Both the position numbers and the translations under genes were made by a program. This document shows, one piece after another, positions 28,001-37,600 of a stretch of 64,000 bases of DNA. This DNA is from Phoronis australis. Its lineage: Eukaryota; Animalia; Phoronida. Location: contig NMRA01000599.1 of the NCBI GenBank assembly GCA_002633005.1, positions 62,001 through 126,000 on the forward strand. The letters run 5' to 3'. Under the pieces are notes generated by a model. The model was given only the letters and a program-made list of their open reading frames with translations. It did no database searches and was not told where the DNA came from. Every line of letters starts with the position of its first letter. Within the stretch, counting starts at the first letter, position 1.

Positions 28001-29437
28001 CCATCAGTGACTCAAGGAAATGTGTCAGACTCGAAAACAGTAAAAATGGCCACTAGGAGGTGCAAAATAACTTGAATCCATCATGGGCCTATGTGCCAAG
28101 TTTCATGAAAATCCGTTGAAAACCTTTGAAGATACAGAGGTAAACGTAAAACATAAAATTGCCACTAGGGGCCACACTGGTAATCAGATCTGTCTGAAAT
28201 TCGTCATCTGTCTTCAGCTTCATAGGAAAAAAAACATCAGCCAAATCTCATCAAGATTTTGTGACGGGGATTGAGGAGATATAGCTGTGGATGCCCGGAC
28301 GCCCAAACGTAGGTGACTGCAATATGCGCCCACATATGAATATGTGAGCGCATAAAAATGAATGGCAACCTTCTGTTTGGCAAAACCTGGATTGGGAAAC
28401 TGAACCAGTTAATATTTTTGATCGTTTCGCTGTTGCTGTTAAAGTTTATACCTGTGTCAACTGAGTACATAACAATATAGAAGAAATAGAAGCATTCACA
28501 AAATAGTCAGTTGTCAAATGGAATATGACAAAATATCAACTTTGGCCATTTTAGTCCAAAAGTAGCGAAACTTGACAGTACAACGCGAAGCTGTGTCCCT
28601 TAAAGTTGGCTGGCATACCGTCCATCCAGTCACTGAAAGCTAACTATCACTCACCACAGTACACTGAAAAGGCCATCGAAACATGTCAGGGTAGCAGCGG
28701 AACCTTGCGAGCGATATAAACTCTTGCATTCTGAAAATAAAAACGCATCACAAGAGATTAATATACAGGTAAGGCAAAGCCACTTAAGTCCATGTTCCCA
28801 AGTTACAGTGGCGCCACCTTCAGCTGTTCCATCCACAATGTTGAAGACGGATGTCTTATCATGTCTTTGATTGGTCACTGTACTCCTCCAACAAAAATTC
28901 AAACAAGGTGCAAATTGAATGTCATGTTGTCGAGTAACTATTACACGTTATTTACACTTACTGGGCATGTCACTGTTATTTTTACTGCTAAATAAAAGAG
29001 TACCACAGTACTTTGGAACACAATTTCACTTATTTAACATAAAATCAAAAAAATGGGCTTTTCAAACACGAGTCAAGATTTACAAAAAATGGTGCAGCTT
29101 CATGTTTTCATAACGTAGGGAGAACACCGGCGAAAGTAAATATTCCCGAGGTCTCATCTACTGCCAGCTAAGCATCAAATAAGGACACAAAATGAACGCA
29201 AAAGGTCAACAACTCAAAATTAAGGCTCTGAAAATGCTACAAACATTTCTACTCACAAGTGCAACAGACTGCTGCTCCCATAATTTACAAAGTTTTGCCT
29301 CACAGGTCCTTTATCTTACCTTTTAACTTGCCAGGTAAGACTCGAATAGGATACACTTCTTCAACAGTGAACTGATTGACACCAGACTTATTTAAGAGGT
29401 CGTCCTTCGACAACGGCAGCACGAAGTCGAAACTCAT
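1001..29437 (-). CDS. NCAPD2: Condensin complex subunit 1 (CAP-D2), multi-exon gene, ~1341 aa visible
   Basis: Hand-spliced, phase-consistent coding exons in transcript order: 29437-29320, 28730-28655, 27371-27313, 26268-26096, 23502-23354, 22868-22747, 22131-22008, 21734-21587, 21059-20937, 20276-20202, 19706-19572, 19226-19136 (GC donor), 18693-18564, 17516-17314, 16945-16812, 16350-16097, 14984-14900, 14429-14293, 13660-13528, 13144-13060, 12653-12498, [gap], 11917-11794, 10265-10110, 9576-9399, 8785-8610, 8084-7901, 7250-7106, 1715-1521, 1158-1001 (TAA). N-terminus MSFDFVLPLSKDDLLNKSGVNQFTVEEV and motifs DHVHDVNAFVRSKVLQ, IRANTIIALGDLTFRFPNLIEPWTPHLYARL, VLTHLILNDMVKVKGQISEMA, GNAIYNIMPDIISRLS and ERQWRDLAFCLSLL match CAP-D2/Cnd1 from memory. 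Confidence 0.96.
6521..6631. repeat. 51-bp tandem duplication
   Basis: TATCAATGGCTGGTGATATCTAAATTCACTCTGGCAG... at 6521 and 6572. Confidence 0.88.
6742..6850. repeat. Short fold-back repeat, with a related copy at ~15695-15852
   Basis: ACTTGATGACCTCCAG...CTGGGGTCATCAAGT inverted repeat; GTGTCTAGT..ACTTGATGACCTCC shared with the 15695 region. Confidence 0.5.
9119..9290. repeat. 87-bp tandem duplication
   Basis: GTCAAGTCACCTAA.GACCTTCCGAGAA...GATCTACAAACGACTGC at 9119 and 9206. Confidence 0.88.
11248..11763. mobile_element. Non-autonomous hAT-like MITE, 516 bp
   Basis: Perfect 13-bp TIR CAGGGCTTGGAAT...ATTCCAAGCCCTG; flanking direct repeat ATTCAC (11242-47, 11764-69); subterminal GCGGA(A) repeats; more GC-rich than the host intron. 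Confidence 0.85.
16360..16491. repeat. 33-bp minisatellite x4 abutting an NCAPD2 acceptor
   Basis: Unit ATGGTTGACATGGTGATGGAGGTCACATTATGC. Confidence 0.92.
19281..19367. repeat. Compound (GT)n microsatellite
   Basis: Interrupted GT runs; a shorter one lies at 29581-29610. Confidence 0.9.
24270..25400. mobile_element. Second copy of the same hairpin-ended repeat, spanning N-gap 24474-25087
   Basis: GCCACTAG-containing subrepeats on both sides of the gap; terminal hairpin ATGCGTCCACATAT-AA-ATATGTGGGCGCAT followed by AAAAA. Confidence 0.55.
25588..25663. repeat. 37-bp tandem duplication
   Basis: TGTAAACATACATATTATT..GTTAGTATTCACAAAG x2. Confidence 0.85.
27203..27330. repeat. 35-bp tandem repeat (~3.7 copies) spanning an NCAPD2 exon donor
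   Basis: Unit CATACCTTTCACTACAATGTCCCAGCAGTACTGG(T/A); the last copy contains the real exon end (27313). Confidence 0.9.
27985..28359. mobile_element. Hairpin-ended non-autonomous interspersed repeat (Helentron/HINE-like)
   Basis: Starts AACAAG and ends in hairpin GCGCCCACATA-TGAA-TATGTGAGCGC followed by ATAAAAAT. Shares blocks (TTTCATGAAAATCCGTT, AAAATTGCCACTAGGGG) with the copy at 24270-25400. Confidence 0.6.
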
Positions 29438-31337
29438 ACTGTAACAAAAACAGTAATGAGGATTATAAAATTAAACTTAATAAAATGTGCTATTAGTGTT
29501 GTCTACAACCTGTTTTATGAGTATGCTGCTGTGACCTGCTTGCCAGCACTTGTGACATGTTTGAATGACCCGTCAACATTTGTGTGTGTGTGTTTGTGCG
29601 TGCGTGTGTGGGCAACACAGCTCGGTACTGCTTGTAAATAAAAATTTATGGCCATCAGTTCTTATAGGTACAACGTATATGAATAAATGTTGCTTTTGGG
29701 CACTGTTGTGCATTACTACTTAAGTACATTGGGTAACAAATTGGATAAATATGCAATTAAATAGTGCAACTGTCAGCACTTTTACATAACAGAGAATGTC
29801 AGCCGCCTTGTGCATTCTAATGACAGTTTGGGTTTCCAGTTTTGCAGAACACCGAATGGTTCCAACTTGAGTTTCTCATGCACGCGGACAAGTATTACAT
29901 GCTTACTAGTCACCTTGATCTCGAAATATTTTTACACATAGTGTACCTAATTATTGGACAGAACCTAAATATCGGACATTTCATAGAATCTTACTTGAAC
30001 CATAATCTGAGAATTAAATGACACCAATTTTTGTTCCGCTGTAATGCATTCAATGTACCGGCACTGTCTCGTTTTTTACAGCATTGCCTTGTTTTGATTT
30101 CACCGAGAGAGGGTGCAATTTAGACCCCAAGTCGGCCTAGAATGGACAATCGCATAAATCGGTTATAAAAGTTGAAAGTAAAATCTTTTTCCACAATGAA
30201 ACCATCTCATTGAACTGACAATATGTCAATGTTCCATTTTTTCATTTGTTTTTTAAACTCAAGTCAAACCCCAACCGCGCACGTGCGGGTGTCCATATCA
30301 AGAAGCCAAAGTGACACTAAAAACTGCAGTGAGTTTGCACGTGCTTTAGTTGTCTGCACTAATTCATCGAAACGACTTGGTGCAGTCATCAGATTTCATT
30401 TTATGGATAATTTTGTTGCGAATGGACTTGTAATATGCAGCATATATGTCAAAACACTCGAGCTGAAATTTGGCTACAAGGTGCCCGCGGCCATTACGTG
30501 GTTAGTCAGTTTTCCGCAGTGTGGCGTATGGGGAAACATGGTGTCCGATATTTAGGTTCTCCGAAGGTTTGCTTGTTGTGTTTTTTAAAGATCAGTCGGA
30601 ACATAAGTGTGGATTTCAGTGACAAGATATAGTAACAGAACAATTCTGTGAAGGTAAGTATTTATTTCCGCAAAGAATTTTCAACAATCCGTAGTATTTT
30701 CAATTAAATATAATGCAAAATGTGCCAAAACGTCCGATAATTAGGTCACTTGACTGTAAACGTCATTGAAGATTGATGATATTGTTCTACAAATGAGTGA
30801 TCACTAATGTTAGTGCAACCACTGAACCAGGCTTTCAGTTTCAGATAGTAAACTTCCTAATTTAATGATGGGGCCTCATACTAAGATGTCACCTCAATTC
30901 AAACAACATAGAGGAGCTTTGAGAAGAAAAAATTATGTCTGGTGTCAGGCAGCTTTTTACACCAAAATCAATCAAAGATCAGGGTTATGCCAGGGCCAGG
31001 GGATACCATAATTTCCCCTCACCTGAAAAAATTGTCAGAAGGCACAGTTACACACACAAGGAGGTAAAGCAGCCTTACTGATTAAAAGTAATTCTAGTCA
31101 CAGCACAATTCGCAAGACAAATTATCGACATCTGAGTCTGAGACTGACAATCAGAACGTCATCGGACAGGGCCAGCTGGACCAGGCAGTGCGATGAAAAT
31201 ATTGAACTGAAAACTGGGCCTGAATGAAAGACATCGACATTTTTGAATAGTACGAACTGCAGATCAAACAAAAAAGATTTATGAACAAGGACGAGTACAC
31301 TAATACATTTTAAAAAGCAATTTAACATATCATTTAC

Positions 31338-31400
31338 CTGATCATAAGCACAGTATTCACCAAATTCTGTTCAAATCTGTTTACAAAAATGGCCGCCTTT
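31338..31400 (-). other. NCAPD2: Putative non-coding first exon (5'UTR) of NCAPD2
   Basis: The first coding exon has an acceptor (TTTTTGTTACAG) 1 nt before the ATG, so an upstream exon is required. Donor CAG|GTAAAT at 31338/31337 lies next to YY1, CHR-like and CCAAT motifs. TSS is approximate. Confidence 0.7.
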
Positions 31401-31670
31401 TTCGAATACGAGGCTGGCCAATCAGCGGTGTCTATTTTACCATAGTGCGAGAAATACATAAATTTGTTATATTCTTATGCTATTCGAAAATCAATTTTAT
31501 CAGTCATTTTGCTCAGATTCTTGAGGAAAAAGTCGTAAAGATTTATTTTATGTTAAATAAACCATAAAATTATACGCTTTCAATAACGGTGGCATCAATC
31601 TTCAAAATCAGTTTTTGAGCGCACGCATTGACCTTTCACCTAAGGTAGCCATTTTTTAATTTTGAAACAT
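31370..31670. promoter_or_regulatory. Bidirectional promoter shared by NCAPD2 and the POM121-like gene
   Basis: Divergent gene starts ~250 bp apart. CCAAT (GGCCAATCAG) at 31418-31422. CHR-like TTTGAA/TTCGAA at 31370-75(-), 31401-06, 31483-88, 31601-06(-) and 31661-66. YY1-like AAAATGGCCGCC at 31386-97 and GCCATTTT at ~31648. MYB-like TAACGG at 31584-89. Inr-like TCAGTT at 31608-13. Confidence 0.75.
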
Positions 31671-31686
31671 GGTGCGCGGATTGTAA
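31669..31686 (+). promoter_or_regulatory. Upstream ORF (MVRGL*) in the POM121-like 5' leader
   Basis: AAC ATG G context; ATG GTG CGC GGA TTG TAA ends 5 nt before the main ATG at 31692. It is a uORF only if the TSS is upstream of 31669. Confidence 0.45.
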
Positions 31687-31691
31687 CAGAA

Positions 31692-34600
31692 ATGAGCACA
31701 AAAGTTCACCAAAACGTCTTCATCAGCGGTGGATTTTTGTGCATGGGACTTTTGATTTTAAATTTTGGAATATTCGTCACCATTTTTATAGTTTTACTTT
31801 TTACTGTATGTGCTTACGTGGTAGATTTTTACCGGAAAAGTCAGAATCGGCGAATTCGTCTGTCTTCTCACGCCGCGCGAACCATGAAGCGTAGATCCGA
31901 AAAAGAACAACTTTTTGCCAGTTCATCGCAGTGGGAGAAGTCTGGAAATACATCTCTAAACGACGAGAACAAGCATATGTCAGTGCAATCGGCTGGAGGT
32001 CCACTGTTGTCTCCATTTTCCTCATCATTTTCGTCTCTGCCTCGTGTCCGCAGAAGTCAAATAAGCAGTCCATTGGCATTGTCGTCGAGTAACATTAACA
32101 GGTAATTAGTCAATGACATTTGCAGGTAGAAGTCATTGCTGTGCCATTGTTATTAACATTTAAAAATTTAATTTTGCCATGTAATTCAGATTTTAAATCT
32201 GCACTTAGTTAGTGCTGTCTTTTGAAACCATTATCAGATGGATTGTCTGGTTCATATTTTGGGGCAGTGGGTCAGCTGGTCTACCAACTTTCCTTTTAGT
32301 ATTAGGGACCGCAAGTGATGGAATAGAATTTGGAAACAAGTAACTTTTTATGTGGTTGTTAGACCCCCATAAAAATTTCAAAATACAGCAAATGTCATCA
32401 AATGAAGCATGCATTATATATGAATTGACTTATGGTGACTTTGGAGTCAATTTAGTCAACATAATTTGAACATATCCTTAAAAATCTGTCAAAGTTCACT
32501 CACACTTCTCTTGCCGGGTGCCGTGTTGAGGATGTGAAATCATGCCAGATCAGGAACCAACACTAACGATTGAAGGGACATAAATCTTTCAAAGTCCTCC
32601 GGCTGTCTTCCCATGCTACTTTTTGCAAGTGTTAGCAGCCAAGTTACGCACTCCGCTCAGTCTCGCACTTTGTGGCAGAACTCGCGTGACATCAATTAAA
32701 TGCTTTGTGGCTTTTGTGCACGGCGAAAAATTAATGGCGACTATAAAATTGGGAGTTGGAATTCTTCACCTTAGTCATCTTAATTCCCATGAACATGCTT
32801 CATTGAAAATATGCATAGAACTGACAATTTGAAGTGTTAAATGTATTTTTGATGATTTGAAAACCTCGTATTCAGTGACCCAATCTGGGTTATGGCCTGT
32901 TTTAAATACACGAGGATGAAATGAACACAGAGACGTATGAGGAGCATTGCAGCNGGAATTAAACACATCGACAACCTCATAAGGTGTTCCTCTATGCGCA
33001 AAAGGTATTTGTAACAACGTGACTTTGATGGTTTAGTAGGTGCGAGGCATAATTCGCCGAAAAGCTTCCGGCGTACAGAGCGCCTATAGCCTCTACATCG
33101 CCTCTGCTTCGGGCCAACAGAAGCGATGGTCATTGCCTACTGGTCTACCAACTTTCCTTTTAGTATTAGGGACCGCAAGTGATGGAATAGAATTTGGAAA
33201 CAAGTAACTTTTTATGTGGTTATTAGACCCCCATAAAAATTTCAAAATACAGCAAATGTCATCAAATGAAGCATGCATTATATATGAATTGACTTATGGT
33301 GACTTTGGAGTCAATTTAGTCAACATAATTTGAACATATCCTTAAAAATCTGTCAAAGTTCACTCACGCTTCTCTTGCCGGGTGCCGTGTTGAGGATGTG
33401 AAATCATGCCAGATCGGGAACCAACACTAACGATTGAAGGGACATAAATCTTACAAAGTCCTCCGGCTGTCTTCCCATGCTACTTTTTGCAAGTGTTAGC
33501 AGCCAAGTTACGCGCTCCGCTCAGTCTCACACTTTGTGGCAGAACTCGCGTGACATCAATTAAATGCTTTGTGGCTTTTGTGCACGGCGAAAAATTAACG
33601 GCGACTATAAAATTGGGAGTTGGAATTCTTCACCTTAGTCATCTTAATTCCCATGAACATGCTTCATTGAAAATATGCATAGAACTGACAATTTGAAGTG
33701 TTAAATGTATTTTTGATGATTTGAAAACCTCGTATTCAGTGACCCAATCTGGGTTATGGCCTGTTTTAAATACACGAGGATGAAATGAACACAGAGACGT
33801 ATGAGGAGCATTGCAGCCTCTCTCCAGCCAACTGTGGGGGCTGCGTGTTGCCTGGTATTGGGACAGATTGGCTAATCCTGTACTGGAAGTTGTCCTATTT
33901 AAAGACCGTAGTTTTCTGTTTGCTGAGAACATGAAAGCTGTCAGACTCCATGAATTCTGTCCGTTTTCCATGATCATGGAAACTTAGGATATATACATAT
34001 TCCAAAAGGTAATTCAGGGTAGTGAAGTTTATCCTCTCCGTTGAACTTGAACTTAAACATTTTGATAATCTCCCCGATGTCTTGTTTTAGATCTTATGAC
34101 GTCTCAAACCAAAGTCTGAGAGTTTCTTCATCGTTCGTTGACACACAAAAGACCTATCCAACACATCTTCAGAAATATCACAGTCTTGGTAAGAACCTTT
34201 TGGAGTATTGCGAAAACAACGCTTGTCACTATGTTAGTTATTGTTAAGTGCTTGAATACCTGTTTATGAGATAGCCTCTGTTTATGCCGAGGATTACAGT
34301 GGAGTTAGTTTTTTTAGTTGTGTCGATTGACCAGTGCTTTTGCTGTGTTACTTAATTGTGGAACATTTTTTTAAGGAATGATGCCATCAGTTCGTCTGAG
34401 CAGAAACGTTCTCAACGAGCGGAACGCCAAATCGCTACGAAGTCCTGTCACTGTAAAAATTGCTCCCCCAGAATCCTTCAAAGTGACCAGCCCCGTGTAA
34501 GTTTCAAGGGTGACTTTTGTGTTCATTAGCAGAACGTGGATGGTACCACTCGTGTTAACTTTGTATTCTTACTGTCTGCATTTGGTGGGTAGTCTTACCA

Positions 34601-37600
34601 TTACTCTCATCAAGTTCTGTGTTCTGAGGTCTGTCTAATGAAAACTGATGTAAGAATTAAACAGAAATTAGGTCCTCTCATGATCGCGTCACGATCTGAA
34701 AATAATTTATAGGACTTATCTTAGTAACTAGCAGTCATGTGTACACATTTTCAGGTATTGCGTTTTTGCTCAAGTGAGATTTAATTCACTTTCGGAAATT
34801 GTTGTGTGTAGTAGCGCAAGACAAGTTTCTGTCTTAAGTCGTAATTCACATTTTATCAAACAGACCCCTAGTCATTGTGTTGTGAAATGATTAAACTCCG
34901 TACATACACATGGTGTGTACCAATTTTCGTATGTCCACAAAAATATGGTGGTGGCTTGTAGTGAGCATCTTATCTGTCTATCCATCGTTTTCTTTTTCGA
35001 ACAACTTGACAGATCGTGATGAAATTTGGTTCCAGTTTATTTTGCGGGGAGGCGTTGGCACTAGTTTAATTTTGGACGGATTCGACTACTGTGGTACTGT
35101 TGGCCATTTTGGTTTTCAATAAGAGATTCCTTGTCCACCAATTTTTGGTGAAACAACTTTACTTAATTATGCTAAAACTTGACCCAGTAGTGTTTGATGG
35201 AATTTACCGGTACGAGTTGCTTTTCAGAAAGATTCGTTTCCATAACGCCCCCTGTTTGCCATTTTACTGTTCAATGAGATTTTCTTTGCTTTTTGATTCT
35301 CGTCACAATGTCATGGCAAATTTTGATGGAATTTGGCGCAAGGTTTATGGTTGGAATGTGTCGTAACCGGTCGATTTTCAGACTCCTGACATCCCCTGTT
35401 GACCAATTTAGTGTTCGGTAACATTTTTCATGTGCATCAATTATTGTCAAAACAGCTAGACAGATTATGATAAAGCTTGACCCACTGGTTGCGCAGCTGA
35501 TTATCAGATTGTAGCAACTCTCGTTGAGTGTTGAAGATATTACTTGGCTGTTGATTATTGTCTAAATGACTTGATGGACCTTGACAGAGAACTGATGCAC
35601 CAGTTCCAGTCGAATTAGTCTACTTATATCGCATGATGCTAATCAACACCCCTAGAGGCGTATTATCTGTTCTACAGTCATTAGCATAGTTCAATGCTTT
35701 TCTCTTTTTCAGTACTTGTGTATTAGCCATAAAAATGTCTGAATGTTGATGGTAGGGCATCCAAGTGGAACATAAGGTTCCCTGCCAGTAGCTCCACGTT
35801 AGTAATGGTGTATTAACATTTTGACTTTCTGTTTGAGTGGAAATTTGATGAATGTAATGAAGTTACTGTAAAAAGATTACAGTTTCATATTGTTGTTGTT
35901 AGTCATTGGCCTGTTTTTTTCTCAATTCTTGGTGAAGCCTCGGTACTTTCTTTACTCCTCTATTTTACCGTTCTCTAAAAGGTAATGCAATACGATGTAA
36001 TAATTTCTGTAGATTGCATCTTTCTGAACACGAGTCGATTATTCCATACACGTTCATAGCCATTACTTACATATCCGACCTCACTGCTCGTTCACAATGT
36101 TTCCAGTTTCACTCGGACTCGTGTACAAGCCAGCGAGGACGTAGATCCGTGCGACACCCAAGCAGTCCTTTCAGCCTTACGTGAGAAAAGGTAACGTCTG
36201 TTTGATTAAGAAAAATGCGCACACCTACGTGTGTGATGGCGTTACTGTTGACACGCGTGTGTACTGTAGGTACAAAACTTTGTGAGAATGGCACTGTATT
36301 GCTCTGCTTATGCATCAATAGCAAATAAAGCTCTTGAGGTTGTGTTTGACCTTAGGAAAATGACCGAACTAATGGTAGGTTAATGAATTCAAAAATCAAA
36401 TTCTACAGGCTTTCTGCTTAAGAAAATTATATCAGTGGTTTTGTTGTTATTTGGCTATTAAAATGCTGACTTGTCGATAAGATAATTAATAACTGTTGCA
36501 AAGCCATTTTTCATTTGCACCATAATAACATTATTTGTGTACTGAGCTCTGGGTAGGCTTGAACATATTTTTCTACCTTTTCAAGCAAGCATTTTTCTTA
36601 CCAGTGTGTTGTTTGTACTCTCTGTCAGTGTTAATCCACCTCGACGTTTTCAGGAAAAGAACTTCTCACGATGAGGAAGGAATCCCGCTTGTACTGTCAG
36701 ATGCCAAGCGAAGGTATAGTGATTAGAACATGGAGAAGGGTCATGGTCACTTACATGGTTTCCGCATTTTGAGAATCGTGCATCAAACTGGTTTTCAAAA
36801 TGCAGGATTCTGTTAGCGATTACTTCCAGAAGTGTATAATAAACTTTGAGAGATGTTGAAATTTCTTGACTGATGGGTAATCTTCTCTCTCAGCAGAAAT
36901 GTCAGCTAATTGATGAATAATTCTTGCACGACACTAGGTTATATGTTGATGTTTTCACTCGTAATTTGTTACTAAAGCTAGTATTGGTTTCAAGATTAGA
37001 GCCTGGTGGTTGAAAGTGTGAGCAGTTGTTCAAAATGTGAGCCTGGTAATTGGTCACTCTCAAAACAGCCTGCTGAGGACGTGACATTCCACTGTGTTAG
37101 TGCTGCAGTCGCTCAAAGTGCATTTTTTAAGTTGATAAAACCTCCCAGCAGTGGGGCGGATGGCAATGCCAAATTTTTTTACCGACGCTCCTTTCAGTAA
37201 ACCTTTAATTGAAAGCTCACCATAGCAGAACATTTCATAAGTTTTTTCATGTTTCTTAACGGAAATATGTTTAAGAATGTTTTTGATTCCTTTATAGTGC
37301 GTTTTTCATGGCAGAGATTGTAAACTTGAGGTGTAATTCAGTACCTGCTTTGCAAAATGGTGTGGTTTTGAGATGTGTAATTTCAACAATTACAATTTTT
37401 ACTTGAATGGGAAAAAATACTTAACTGTAATTTGTGGGTAAACTATTGGTAGATACCAAATACTTCTAGCAGTGAAACTGTATGCATTCTCTTGGATCTG
37501 TTATTGTACAGGCGAGCGGGTCCCACGGATGACGAACCCGTGATCATAGCGTCTGGTACGCCCAACGGTGTGCCTGGAATGCACTTCACCCCCGTCAACA

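Noticed and set aside
26269-28654. Intronic scaRNA U85/SCARNA10, which human NCAPD2 hosts in an early intron
   Set aside because: No D box preceded by a U5 loop-1 antisense element found by eye, and the C-box-like GTGATGA at ~27597-27603 lacks a convincing partner or stem. An Infernal/Rfam scan would be decisive.
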